Positions 1 to 9,368 of a stretch of 64,000 nucleotides of DNA are shown piece after piece. This stretch comes from Clostridia bacterium. GTDB lineage: Bacteria; Bacillota; Clostridia; Christensenellales; CAG-138. The DNA lies in NCBI GenBank assembly GCA_017429985.1, contig JAFRNW010000018.1, positions 259,120 to 323,119 of the forward strand. Reading direction: 5' to 3'. How positions within the stretch are numbered: position 1 is the stretch's first letter; every line of letters starts with the position of its first letter. Below the pieces are notes generated by a model. That model searched no databases. It saw only the letters and a program-made list of their open reading frames with translations, and had not been told where the DNA came from. Made by a program: the position numbers and the translations under genes.

Positions 1-1611
1 GCATTTGAAGAGCGGCAGCGTCTTGGAGCAGCTGTTCATGGGGACTGTCAGCGCGTGGTTGCCGTAAGGACCGGTATTCGCATCTACTTTCATGTAAATC
101 GCCGTAATCTGCCCGTCCTTATTGCCGCCCATCTTCACGTATACCTTCATGGGATGCCTGGTGGAGTTGGCTATGAACTCCTCTTCCCTCGTATTGTGAT
201 AGAGCACGGGGCGCCCGGTGACAAACGAAGCGTAGCCGGTCAGATCCTCCACTAGGATATCCTGCTTGGACCCGTAGCCTCCGCCGACTCTGGTCTTGAT
301 CACGTGTATCTTGTTCTCTGAAAGACCCGTCACCCAGCTCACGATGCGGCGCACGTGATAAGGCACCTGCGTGCTCGCATAGATGATGAGCCTGCCGTTC
401 TCCATCTTGGAGAAACAGATATGGGTCTCGAGCGGTGTATGCTGGATCTGGCTGGTCTGGTAAGTCGCTTCGACCACTGCGTCAGACTCGGCAAAAGCCT
501 TGTCCACATCGCCTATGCCGCCATGATTGGAAGCCGCCACATTGTGGAGTATGTCTCCGTGAAGCGGGAACTGATAGAGCACATGCCCTTCCCTTTCATC
601 ACCCGAGAGCTTTGCATTGTATTCGTCCAGATCTGCGGGAGCGCCCGCGTTGTATTGCACATAGCCGTTATGGACCAAAGGTGCGCCTTCTGCCATGGCT
701 TCTTCTACAGTGAATACAGCCGGGAGCGGCTCATACTCCACTTCTATCAGGTTTCGCGCCTCTATCGCTTCTTCGAGCGTCTCCGCCACGATCGCGGCAA
801 CCCGGTCTCCGACGTGCCTGACTTTTTTATTGAGCAGCTTGCGGTCATGGGGCGACGGCTCAGGATTGCCCTGACCTGCCGACATGTATGTAACATCGGG
901 GCAGTTATATGCCGTAATCACCTTGATAACGCCCGGAAGCGCCTCCGCCTTTGATGTGTCGATCTTATTGACGTAAGCGTGCGCATAGGGCGAGCGAAGC
1001 ACTACCATATAGCAGGTATCACTGTCGACATAGTCCTCCACGAACGCTCTTTCTCCGGATACCAGCTGAGGCGCGTCGATCTTGGGCTTATTCTTGCCCA
1101 CGGACTTAAGATGCGGCCTGAATTCCGGCGCTATCTTCGTCTTATACTCTCCGTATTTGAGCTTTTCCTTTATCAGCTCGGCAGCAAGATAATACTGTTC
1201 GTAGCCGGCATCGCGGATGAAGATACCGGAGAGCACGTCTTTTACATCCTCTCTGGACGGATCCGGATTTGTCTCAAACAGCCAGGTCATCAGAAGCGCT
1301 GCTGCCGGCGCGTTGTAAGCGCTCTGCACCACTCCAGCGTCTATCAGGGCCTGCTGCACGACGGTCAGATTCATCGAATTGCCCAGGCTGTCGGGCGTGC
1401 GTATCTCACAGCCCTCCGCCTCGCCTGCCAGCACCAGATTGGAGAACACGGGGATGCCGTCCAGCAGCACGGTGTCGCTGCCGCAGAACCCTTCGGCGTC
1501 ATCACTGTCTCTGACAGCGAAGTTGCCGTTTTTAAGAAGCAGCTCGCGAAGTCTTGCGCACGGACCGATATCTATGGAACGCTTTTTGCCGTTTATAATA
1601 CAGTTGATCAT
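1..1611 (-). CDS. xdhD: XdhD-type molybdenum hydroxylase with a degenerate Fe-S-like N-domain fused to a molybdopterin-binding domain. Only the N-terminal 537 codons are present; the C-terminus lies beyond the left edge.
   Basis: The minus frame is open from position 1 to the ATG at 1611-1609, with GGAGG upstream. My translation reads MINCIINGKKRS..RDSDDAEGFCGSD..VVQQALIDAGVVQSAYNAPAAAL..SGIFIRDAGYEQYY, followed by RSPYAHAYVNKIDTSKAEALPGV, HVGDRVAAIVAE and RVGGGYGSKQD. This is collinear with the E. coli XdhD layout as I remember it. The start overlaps the upstream stop codon (ATGA). Confidence 0.8.
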   Translation of the reverse strand, partial: MINCIINGKKRSIDIGPCARLRELLLKNGNFAVRDSDDAEGFCGSDTVLLDGIPVFSNLVLAGEAEGCEIRTPDSLGNSMNLTVVQQALIDAGVVQSAYNAPAAALLMTWLFETNPDPSREDVKDVLSGIFIRDAGYEQYYLAAELIKEKLKYGEYKTKIAPEFRPHLKSVGKNKPKIDAPQLVSGERAFVEDYVDSDTCYMVVLRSPYAHAYVNKIDTSKAEALPGVIKVITAYNCPDVTYMSAGQGNPEPSPHDRKLLNKKVRHVGDRVAAIVAETLEEAIEARNLIEVEYEPLPAVFTVEEAMAEGAPLVHNGYVQYNAGAPADLDEYNAKLSGDEREGHVLYQFPLHGDILHNVAASNHGGIGDVDKAFAESDAVVEATYQTSQIQHTPLETHICFSKMENGRLIIYASTQVPYHVRRIVSWVTGLSENKIHVIKTRVGGGYGSKQDILVEDLTGYASFVTGRPVLYHNTREEEFIANSTRHPMKVYVKMGGNKDGQITAIYMKVDANTGPYGNHALTVPMNSCSKTLPLFKC

Positions 1612-2420
1612 GCCAGCACCTCCTTACGGGCGTCCGCGATGAATTTCACGATGGTCGTCCCGAGCAGATAGCGTTTATACTCCTCGCTTCCGAACATGTC
1701 CGTCGGTATTTTTGCCTCAAACTTCCTTGCCCATTCCATGATCGTTTCTTCGGAAACCTCCGGATCGGCTGCGATCAGTTCCTCCGCGGAACGAAGTTTG
1801 AAAAGGCCGGTGTTCTTCAGGGCTGCCCCGATGGAGATTCCTTTCCCGTCCGGATCGAAACCGTACGCAAGGTTCATAACGGAATGGCTCATGGCGGTAT
1901 TCGCGTACCGTTTCAGCAATACCTTCCTGTCCGGATCGATTCCGATCCTGAGGATCAGCGCGTCGCCGAGTTTTCCCGCCTTGCGCATGTCCAGATATCT
2001 GCATACGCAGCACTCCTCGTTTTTCCCGGATTTCTCCGTATATACGACGATAGCCCTTGCAGCGAGCAGCGCCGGAACGAGATAGGAATCGTCACGGAGA
2101 ATCGCCGTATTCCCTCCCACCGTTGCCATATTGCGCTTTGTTCTGGACGCCATCAGTCTGCAGGCCTCCCTGAACCAGACCGGAACATCCGGGCTTTCAA
2201 CAGCCTCCTGGAACGTCGTGCATGCGCCGATCCAGACCTTGTCCCCATCCTTTCTGATCCCGTGCAGCTTGCCGATCTTCTTGAGAGAAATCAACGTGCC
2301 GGCGGCAACGGAAGAATTCAGTCGATTGATCTCCGTTCCTCCCGCCAGAAAGACAGCATCCGGACATCTCGCCTGCAGTGCCTCCTTGATTGTGCCGGCT
2401 ATGATGAGTTTGTCTGCCAT
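1608..2420 (-). CDS. ygfM: FAD-binding-type subunit partner of XdhD (YgfM-like)
   Basis: ORF 1608..2495 trimmed to the internal ATG at 2420 (AAGGGG upstream; MADKLIIAGT..). It carries AVFLAGGTEINRL and ATVGGN FAD-domain motifs. Its size and its position directly upstream of xdhD mirror E. coli ygfM-xdhD. Confidence 0.7.
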   Translation of the reverse strand: MADKLIIAGTIKEALQARCPDAVFLAGGTEINRLNSSVAAGTLISLKKIGKLHGIRKDGDKVWIGACTTFQEAVESPDVPVWFREACRLMASRTKRNMATVGGNTAILRDDSYLVPALLAARAIVVYTEKSGKNEECCVCRYLDMRKAGKLGDALILRIGIDPDRKVLLKRYANTAMSHSVMNLAYGFDPDGKGISIGAALKNTGLFKLRSAEELIAADPEVSEETIMEWARKFEAKIPTDMFGSEEYKRYLLGTTIVKFIADARKEVLA

Positions 2421-2498
2421 GAACGTTACCCCTTTCTTATTATCCCTGCATGAAGGAAGACGGCGTCCCGTTGGCAACGCCGCCTTTGTTGTCAAAAA

Positions 2499-3002
2499 TC
2501 AATTATCCTCTTTCCATTCCAGTCCGTTCCGCTTATACATCGTTTTCTTCACGGCACGCAGAATGTTTTCGTATCCCGTACAGCGGCAGAGATGTCCGCT
2601 CAGCAGTTTCCTGAGTTCGTCGTCGGTATAGACCTTGCCGCTTTCCAGTATTTCGACAGCCGTCATCACGAACCCCGGTGTGCAGAATCCGCACTGAACA
2701 GCGGTCTCGTCCACAAACGCCTGCTGGATATCGCTCAGTTCCCCGTTCGGTCCGAGCAGGCTTTCCAGCGTGCGGATCTTTTTCCCTCTGGCCCAGACCG
2801 CAAGATAAATACAGGAATTGAAGCATTCTCCGTCGATCAGAACATTGCAGGCACCGCATTCTCCGACCTCGCATCCCTTCTTGACGGATGTCAGGCGGTA
2901 ATCGTTCCGAAGCATGTCCGTCAGGGACGCTCTGCAGTCGACCATGCAGGATACGTCTTTCCCGTTCAGATTGAACTCAACAAGTCTGTACTGGTCCTTC
3001 AT
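2499..3002 (-). CDS. xdhC: Xanthine dehydrogenase-family [2Fe-2S] subunit
   Basis: 167 aa. It contains GCEVGECGACNVLIDG, CGFCTPG and LCRCTGY, which are the two 2Fe-2S cluster motifs of molybdenum hydroxylase small subunits. Confidence 0.88.
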   Translation of the reverse strand: MKDQYRLVEFNLNGKDVSCMVDCRASLTDMLRNDYRLTSVKKGCEVGECGACNVLIDGECFNSCIYLAVWARGKKIRTLESLLGPNGELSDIQQAFVDETAVQCGFCTPGFVMTAVEILESGKVYTDDELRKLLSGHLCRCTGYENILRAVKKTMYKRNGLEWKEDN

Positions 3003-3883
3003 CAGAATGCACCTCCCGCTCTAAGGATGGACGCGCGGAGACAGCGCCTCGCCATTTCCACCGAAATGTGCTGGCGGAACGCTTTGCCGGCACGCCAGGA
3101 ATCTCTCGGGTTGATATCTTCCAGCACCGCCAGGGCAAATTTCCCGACGGTCTCCTCCGAAACGGGAGCGCCGTTTGCAACCGCTTCCGCATGCGGCGCG
3201 CGGACCGGGACCGGCGCCGCTACGCCGTACGCGATTCTTGCGCGTTCGATCGTCTTCTTGTCCGGGGAAAGCCGGACGTTCACGGAACACCCGGTCGTCG
3301 CGATATCCATCGCGTTCCGCATGGCGTATTTCCAGTAATACCCGTAGGTGTTTTCATAACTTGCCTTCGGGATCAGGATGGCGGTCTGGATCTCCCCTTC
3401 CCGGATATCCACCGTACCCGCTTTGATATAGAAGTCCTTGATAGGCAGCCGGCGCACGCCTTCAGGGCCCGTCAGTTCCACGACCGCTTCCCACGCGTGC
3501 AGCGTGGAGGAGGAATCCGCGGAGGTGACGCCGTTGCAGGTGTTCCCGCCGATCGTCCCGATGTTGCGGATCTGCGGTCCGCCGACCTGGTCCACCGCTT
3601 CGCCCAGAACATTGATGTATTTCTGAATGATCGGATCCTTTGTAATATGGGAAAAGCTCGTCAGGGAACCGATGCGGATATTCTCTTCCTCGTCGATCCG
3701 GATCCCGCGGAGCTCGTCCACGAGATAGATGGAGATCAGTTCCTTCCCCGCGCGTTTTCCTTCCCGCATCTGTACGAGTACGTCGGATCCTCCCGCGATC
3801 ACCTGCGCCTCCGGATGTTCGACCCGCAGTTTGACGGCTTCCTCTACGGAGAACGCTTCGTACAGTTCCTTCATATCATACAT
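3002..3883 (-). CDS. xdhB: Xanthine dehydrogenase-family FAD-binding subunit
   Basis: 293 aa with VIAGGSDVLVQMREGK and GTIGGNTC motifs. Its stop overlaps the start of the Fe-S subunit gene by 1 nt. Confidence 0.85.
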   Translation of the reverse strand: MYDMKELYEAFSVEEAVKLRVEHPEAQVIAGGSDVLVQMREGKRAGKELISIYLVDELRGIRIDEEENIRIGSLTSFSHITKDPIIQKYINVLGEAVDQVGGPQIRNIGTIGGNTCNGVTSADSSSTLHAWEAVVELTGPEGVRRLPIKDFYIKAGTVDIREGEIQTAILIPKASYENTYGYYWKYAMRNAMDIATTGCSVNVRLSPDKKTIERARIAYGVAAPVPVRAPHAEAVANGAPVSEETVGKFALAVLEDINPRDSWRAGKAFRQHISVEMARRCLRASILRAGGAF

Positions 3884-3887
3884 GGCA

Positions 3888-6206
3888 TTATTCCTCCTTC
3901 TGCCACGGGTCTTTGATCAGGCCCTCTTCGCAGAACCGTTTGTACAGGTTCTGCGGATGAAGGGGCAGATCGTTCACAGCCACTCCGGTCGCATTCAGAA
4001 CCGCGTTGCGGATCGCCTGCGCGACCGTGCAGGCAGGCGGCTCGCCCAGTGATTTCGTCCCGAACGGATTCGTGGGTTCGGGGTTCTCAACGAACTGCGC
4101 CTCAAGATGCGGATGGTCCATCGCGGTCGACAGCTTGTAATCCAGAAGGTTGTTGTTCAGCACCCTGCCCGTCTTCGGATCGAAGATCAGCCGTTCGGAA
4201 AGGGCGTAGCCGATTCCCATGGACTGGCCGCCGTGGACCTGCGCCTCGGCAAGCGCCGGGTTGATCAGGTTGCCGCAGTCGTGCACGTTGATGATCTTTT
4301 TCACCTGCACTCTGCAGAGCGGGATGTCGACTTCGACTTCCGCGGCGCAGCAGCCGAACGAGTACGCGTTGCTCTTGATCTGGTAAGTTGATTCCGCGGT
4401 GAGATGGTCGCAGTGCACCGTGTCATAAAATGCGGTCGTGGCAAGTTGTGCAAGGGATACCAGAACGCGCCCGTCTCCCTTCCGGACGATATTGCTGTCG
4501 ACAACGTCCAGAATGTCCACCGGCATCCGCGTCATCTCGTGCGCATAATCCAGGATTTTCTTCTTCAGCAGCTTTCCGGTCTGCGTTACGGAGAACCCCA
4601 CCATGTAGGTCTGCCGGGAAGCATAGGCGCCGAGTCCGAAGGGGGTAATATCCGTATCCTGGTTGGACACGATGTGAACATCCCTGTAATCCTTCAGTCC
4701 GACCACATCCGCGGCCATCTGGGAATACGCGGTATCCGCACCCTGTCCGATTTCCGTTTCTCCGACCTGTACCTGGATCGTTCCGTCCTGGTTCAGCACC
4801 ATGCGGCAGGAAGAACATTCAAGGGATATCGGCCAGACGCCCGTGTTATACCAGAACGTTCCGACGCCGACGCCTTTGCGGATATCTCCTGTCTGGTGCG
4901 CATACTCCTTATGCTTCTTTTCGTAATCGATGTAGGCGGTCGCCCTGTCGAGACACTGGTTGTAGGAGTCATAATACTGCTCGGTCTTGAAGAATCCGTC
5001 CTTGAATCCCTTCGGCATGAGGGTCCTTCTGCGGAGCTCCAGGGAATCGATTCCGAGCGCGGTCGCGATATCTTCCGTCGCGCAGTCAAACGCGAAGGAT
5101 GCCTGGGGCATGCCGTAGCCGCGCATCGCCCCGCCGACCGGTTTGTTGGTATAGACCGTGTAGGCGTCCGCTTCCACGTTCGGACACGGGAACATCTTGG
5201 CAAACGCGCCGAGGCCTTTCGCCACGATGGAATGCCCGTGGGAAGCATAACCTCCCTGATCGGAGAAGCATTCCAGCTTTCGGGCAACAAATGTGCCGTC
5301 CGGCTTTACCCATGAAATGATATGGTAACGGATCGCGTGGCGGACGCGGTTGTTGACGAACGTCTCTTCCCTCGAAACATCGATCTTCACGAGTCTGCCG
5401 CCCATTTTCCGGCAGACCCATGCGGTAAGGGGCTCGTACAGGGCATCCTGCTTGTTGCCGAATCCGCCGCCGATGTAGGGCTTGATAATGCGGATATTTC
5501 CCCACGGCTCGCCGAGCGCCTGCCCGGTGATGCGCCTTACGATATGCGGGATCTGGGTGGAGGACACGACAACGACCTTCCCCGCTTCCTCATATGCGTA
5601 ACAGATGAAGTTCTCGATATGGCAGTGCTGCACCGTCTGCGTGTCATACCATTTGTCCACACAGATCAGACCGGGTTCCTTGATCGCTTCCGCGTAGTTT
5701 CCGATCCGTACGTCGGTATGCTTCAGGACGTTGCTCTGGAACAGCTCGCAGTGGATCACCGGCGCATCCGGCTTCATCGCCTCCTGGGCGTCGAGGACAA
5801 ACGGAAGTTCCTCGTATTCCACCTTGACCTTGCGGGCTGCCTGCGCCGCGGCGATTTCGTTTTCCGCGACGATGACGGCGATGTCGTCTCCGTAATAGCG
5901 GACATGCCGGTTCAGTATCCTCCTGTCGGCGGTGTCCTGATGGGACGGATCCGGCGAATACGGGTGTCCCGCTGTCGCGAAATCGATCTCGGGCACATCA
6001 AAACAGGTGAAGATCTTGACAAAACCCGGAACCTTCTCCGCCTCGGACGCATCGATGCTCTTGACATAGCCGTGTGCGATCGTCGAGCGAACGATCCGCA
6101 GCACCAGCGCGCTTCTGTTGTCGCAGAGATCATCCGTATACTTTGCCCGGCCTGTTATCTTGTCATAGGCGTCGACTCTGGTAACGCTTTTCCCTACATT
6201 CTGCAT
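3888..6206 (-). CDS. xdhA: Xanthine dehydrogenase-family molybdopterin-binding subunit
   Basis: ORF 3888..6227. I prefer the second ATG at 6206 because GGAGA lies about 6 nt upstream. Motifs: VTRVDAYDKITGRAKYTDD, IGGGFGNKQD, GQGADTAYSQMAAD, NPFGTKSLGEPP. The A-B-C gene order matches E. coli xdhABC. Confidence 0.88.
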   Translation of the reverse strand: MQNVGKSVTRVDAYDKITGRAKYTDDLCDNRSALVLRIVRSTIAHGYVKSIDASEAEKVPGFVKIFTCFDVPEIDFATAGHPYSPDPSHQDTADRRILNRHVRYYGDDIAVIVAENEIAAAQAARKVKVEYEELPFVLDAQEAMKPDAPVIHCELFQSNVLKHTDVRIGNYAEAIKEPGLICVDKWYDTQTVQHCHIENFICYAYEEAGKVVVVSSTQIPHIVRRITGQALGEPWGNIRIIKPYIGGGFGNKQDALYEPLTAWVCRKMGGRLVKIDVSREETFVNNRVRHAIRYHIISWVKPDGTFVARKLECFSDQGGYASHGHSIVAKGLGAFAKMFPCPNVEADAYTVYTNKPVGGAMRGYGMPQASFAFDCATEDIATALGIDSLELRRRTLMPKGFKDGFFKTEQYYDSYNQCLDRATAYIDYEKKHKEYAHQTGDIRKGVGVGTFWYNTGVWPISLECSSCRMVLNQDGTIQVQVGETEIGQGADTAYSQMAADVVGLKDYRDVHIVSNQDTDITPFGLGAYASRQTYMVGFSVTQTGKLLKKKILDYAHEMTRMPVDILDVVDSNIVRKGDGRVLVSLAQLATTAFYDTVHCDHLTAESTYQIKSNAYSFGCCAAEVEVDIPLCRVQVKKIINVHDCGNLINPALAEAQVHGGQSMGIGYALSERLIFDPKTGRVLNNNLLDYKLSTAMDHPHLEAQFVENPEPTNPFGTKSLGEPPACTVAQAIRNAVLNATGVAVNDLPLHPQNLYKRFCEEGLIKDPWQKEE

Positions 6207-6309
6207 GTGTTGTCTCCTATCGTTCAATGCTTCAGAAAAAAGGGGCCTTATGAATGGCTGACAGACGTCAGCATCCTCAGAAAAATCAAGTCCTACTAAT
6301 ACATAATAA

Positions 6310-6338
6310 ATTATAAAACTTCACGCCTGTCTTTACAA
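6310..6338 (-). promoter_or_regulatory. SigmaA-type promoter candidate for the xdhABC-ygfM-xdhD operon
   Basis: On the minus strand: TTGTAA (6338-6333), a 17-nt spacer, then TATAAT (6315-6310). This would give a leader of about 95 nt before the ATG at 6206. Confidence 0.45.
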
Positions 6339-6581
6339 TGCCGTCACGCTTCCCCGCGTTATTCTAATAAAAGAACAACCTTCCCTTCCGTGATATCCCC
6401 CGGGAAAACCGCGCATGAAAAGCCACGGCAATTGATCCTCAAAAAGCTGGTTCCATGTTCCCCTGGTTCCTTTCCCGGCCCGCAAGCAACAGGAGCCCCG
6501 CACTTTCGCGCAAGACTCCTGTTTGAACTTTTTTTCCCGGATTCTTATAACCCAGCCACGGCAGCCAGCACCGAGCCGGTC

Positions 6582-7235
6582 CTATTGTGGAAGATCCCCG
6601 CCCCCGGGAGGCGTGCACCCGCAGTAATTCTGCCGGTACAGTCCGTACTGCTCGGAGAGCCGGATCGACCTCAGATAACCGGAACGCTTTTTAAAATCAG
6701 AAACCAGATATTTCAGACCGTACTTTCCCGCGGTTTCAAATCCGATCCGGTTCAGGGCGGCGGCGTCTTTATGAGGACTGACGGAAAGCGTCGTACAGAA
6801 CCATTCGTACCCGTGCGCGGCGGCGTATTCCGCCGTCTTTTCCAGCCTCAGGCGGTAGCATTTCAGGCAGCGCTCCCCTCCTTCCGGAAGGTCCTCCAGC
6901 CCCCTTTCGATCTCTTCAAACGGAGCAGGGTCGTAAGGCAGCGTCACCGGTTCCGGGCAGACTCCCTCGGGATGCATCTCCCTGAGAAGTTTCTTCTGGT
7001 TTTCAAGGCGCCTTTTGTACTCCTCTTCCGGACGGATATTCGGATTGTAATAGAATACCTTGATATCGAAAAACCGGGAGAGATATTCCAGTACGTAACT
7101 GGAACACGGCCCGCAGCAGCTGTGCAGAAGAAGGCCCGGCCTGCCGCAAAGCGATTCCAGCACCTTATCGGTCTCTTTCTGATAATTGATTTTTTCCACT
7201 TTTCCGCCGGATTCGGTCGGTTGTTTCACGTCCAT
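6582..7235 (-). CDS. queH: Epoxyqueuosine reductase QueH (DUF208)
   Basis: 217 aa with LLLHSCCGPCSSYVLEYL, YYNPNIRPEEEY, ERCLKCY and NYCGC cysteine motifs characteristic of QueH. Confidence 0.85.
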   Translation of the reverse strand: MDVKQPTESGGKVEKINYQKETDKVLESLCGRPGLLLHSCCGPCSSYVLEYLSRFFDIKVFYYNPNIRPEEEYKRRLENQKKLLREMHPEGVCPEPVTLPYDPAPFEEIERGLEDLPEGGERCLKCYRLRLEKTAEYAAAHGYEWFCTTLSVSPHKDAAALNRIGFETAGKYGLKYLVSDFKKRSGYLRSIRLSEQYGLYRQNYCGCTPPGGGDLPQ

Positions 7236-7299
7236 GCTCCTTTGGCAGGACAGGCTGCTCGGTCCCGTTTTTTCGCTGCAGATCTTCTGTCCTTCAGCA

Positions 7300-8022
7300 T
7301 CAGCGGAAATACCGGTCCCTCTTCGACATGCTTCTCACAAGAAGGAAGGAAATAACGAACAGCGCGGCGATGAAAATGACAAAATATCCCGTTCCTGTCT
7401 CATAGGTCGCGATATAATCATAGGTCCCGTGCAGCAGAGCCGGGATAAAGACGCTGAGAATGCTGAACGCAACGGAAGCGGCCTTGTTGTTCTGATACTC
7501 GTATTTCTTCGATATGCCGTAAAACACGCCCATGAACACGCCGAAACAGGCATGGCCGGGAATCGCGGTCAGCGCGCGGACGATCGCGGCGCCGAATCCG
7601 TACATCAGAACATAGCTGATGTTCTCCCAGAGAGCGAACCCGAGAGATACGAAAACCGCATAGACGACCCCGTCATACTGACAGTTGAATTCAAGCGAGT
7701 TCCAGGAATGCCGCCGCAGCATGAAATACTTCGCGCCTTCTTCCGAGTAAGCAACGATCACAAAATACAGGAGAACGCCGTACAGGGTGTCGTCCTGCGA
7801 CATCGCTTGATCCAGAAGGGAGCAGAAAATGCGCTCCGAAACCATTGCGATCAGCGCGGAAAAGATTCCTGCCTTGACCAGACTCCAGAGCTGCAGGGGT
7901 GATTCTTTATCCAGTCTGTCAAGCCTGTACGTCTGAATCATCAGGAACACCGCCGGAATGATGGCGGCAAGTACAAGAATGAAATTGTACCTGATCAGTG
8001 TGGGCAAAAGAAAGTAAAACAT
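7300..8022 (-). CDS. PrsW-family intramembrane protease
   Basis: 240 aa and multi-pass hydrophobic. It has the AYSEEGAKYF (EExxK) motif plus GHACFG and LLHGTYDY histidine motifs typical of the PrsW family. Confidence 0.7.
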   Translation of the reverse strand: MFYFLLPTLIRYNFILVLAAIIPAVFLMIQTYRLDRLDKESPLQLWSLVKAGIFSALIAMVSERIFCSLLDQAMSQDDTLYGVLLYFVIVAYSEEGAKYFMLRRHSWNSLEFNCQYDGVVYAVFVSLGFALWENISYVLMYGFGAAIVRALTAIPGHACFGVFMGVFYGISKKYEYQNNKAASVAFSILSVFIPALLHGTYDYIATYETGTGYFVIFIAALFVISFLLVRSMSKRDRYFR

Positions 8023-8325
8023 GGGATCACCCGTCTTTCGTTTTGTCTTTGGTTGGCTGAGGGTATGCCGGATTCACGGGACGCAGACGGATCGCGCATA
8101 TAAATCGGTTTCGTTTTCGGACGAAGCAAAAGGCAGCGTTTCCCCTCTCCGGCACAGATTAACAATATCGCAAAAAGGCGCGCCGTTCAACTGGGAATAT
8201 CGAAACCGGGCTGCCCTGCCAAGATAGCTGCAAGCGGATTTCCTCCCGAATAAGACCTTCTTTCTGCCGGTATACCATGGCAGTGCGGATGCACCCGTAT
8301 GTGCAACTTTAATAACTGTTTTCGA

Positions 8326-8354
8326 TTGACGCACAAAAAACAATCCTATATACT
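8326..8354 (+). promoter_or_regulatory. SigmaA-type promoter candidate for the peptide ABC operon
   Basis: TTGACG (8326-8331), a 17-nt spacer, then TATACT (8349-8354). It sits about 90 nt upstream of the proposed start at 8441. Confidence 0.5.
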
Positions 8355-8440
8355 AAATAAATTATAACGATGTGCTATTATATGGGTTTATATGCAGTCA
8401 TATTCGGATAAATCCATCGTATAAGAAAGGGAGTGGGATT

Positions 8441-9352
8441 TTGGGCAGATACATCGTAAAACGAGTTTTGCTCGCCATTGTGACCATTCTGGCTATCTGT
8501 GCGATTACGTTCTTCCTGATGCATGCGGTTCCCGGCGGACCGTTCAACAGGGAAAAGGCTCTGAGCCAAGCTACGATCGACGCTTTGAACGCTCGCTATA
8601 ATCTGGATAAGCCGCTGTTCACGCAATTCATTATGTATATGAAAGGACTGCTTCGGGGCGATTTCGGTGTCTCGCTGAAAAACGGCCGTGAGATCAGCGC
8701 GATCATCGGGGAAAGTTTCCCGATATCCGCCCGGCTTGGCCTGATGGCCATGCTGGTGGCTCTGATCTGCGGAACGGTATTCGGATCGCTGGCAGCCCTG
8801 ACTCGCAATAAACTTCCGGACAGGGTCATCGTCTTTTTCTCAACGCTGTTTACCGCTGTACCCAGTTTTGTGCTAGCAACGCTTCTGCTGCTTGTCTTCT
8901 GCATCCGTCTGGGATGGGTCCCCGTCTGGGACGCCAACAGCACCAATTACATCCTGCCGGTCATTTCTCTGTCCGCCTATCCGATGGCATACATCACAAG
9001 ACTCAGCAAGACCAGCATGCTGGACGCGCTCGGTCAGGATTACGTGCGCACCGCGCGTGCGAAGGGCGTTTCCAAGACGAAGCTGATCTTCAAGCATGCT
9101 CTGAGGAACTCCTTGATTCCGGTCATCACCTATGCCGGTCCCCAGATCGCGTATATCATTACCGGGTCCATGGTCGTGGAAACGATCTTCACGATCGGCG
9201 GAATGGGCGGGAAGTTCGTCAGTGCGATCAACAACCGCGATTACACGCTGATCATGGCGACAACGATCTTCCTTGCCTCCCTGATGGTTGTGGCAACCCT
9301 GGTCTGTGACCTGCTGTACAAGGTCGTGGATCCGCGCATCCAGTATGATTGA
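8441..9352 (+). CDS. Peptide ABC transporter permease (OppB/DppB-type)
   Basis: ORF 8372..9352 trimmed to the TTG at 8441, with AAGGGAG upstream. This gives an N-terminus of (M)GRYIVKRVLLAI typical of the family. The EAA-type loop is DYVRTARAKGVSK. Confidence 0.85.
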   Translation: MGRYIVKRVLLAIVTILAICAITFFLMHAVPGGPFNREKALSQATIDALNARYNLDKPLFTQFIMYMKGLLRGDFGVSLKNGREISAIIGESFPISARLGLMAMLVALICGTVFGSLAALTRNKLPDRVIVFFSTLFTAVPSFVLATLLLLVFCIRLGWVPVWDANSTNYILPVISLSAYPMAYITRLSKTSMLDALGQDYVRTARAKGVSKTKLIFKHALRNSLIPVITYAGPQIAYIITGSMVVETIFTIGGMGGKFVSAINNRDYTLIMATTIFLASLMVVATLVCDLLYKVVDPRIQYD

Positions 9353-9368
9353 GAAGGGAGGTAACAGA

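Noticed and set aside
355-6299. Long plus-strand ORFs across the xdh region (355..954, 979..1671, 1884..2453, 2592..3338, 3068..3916, 4404..5315, 5322..6299)
   Set aside because: They lie antisense to minus-strand ORFs that carry unmistakable Mo-hydroxylase motifs. Their translations are Arg/His/Gly/Leu-rich with no motifs or RBS, which is typical of shadow ORFs in GC-rich DNA.
6207-6303. Purine or xanthine-type riboswitch in the xdh leader
   Set aside because: The leader has a GCTGAC-gtct-GTCAGC hairpin and two UUUUUCUGA(G/A)G repeats. It has none of the conserved purine-riboswitch loop sequences I know, and no terminator/antiterminator pair.
6488-6535. Hairpin AACAGGAG..CTCCTGTT followed by T7 in plus orientation downstream of queH
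   Set aside because: The T-run is on the wrong strand for queH and is separated from the stem by 5 nt, and no plus-strand gene ends here. It may be a weak bidirectional terminator, but the evidence is insufficient.
8040-8320. Structured-looking 280-bp region between the PrsW-like gene and the opp promoter, including CTGCC-GGTATACCAT-GGCAG (8264-8283), which faintly recalls a T-box
   Set aside because: There is no specifier or AGAGA/GNUGGUACCGCG-type conservation and no terminator/antiterminator arrangement. It also lies upstream of the predicted opp promoter. It could be an sRNA or decayed sequence, but I cannot support a call.
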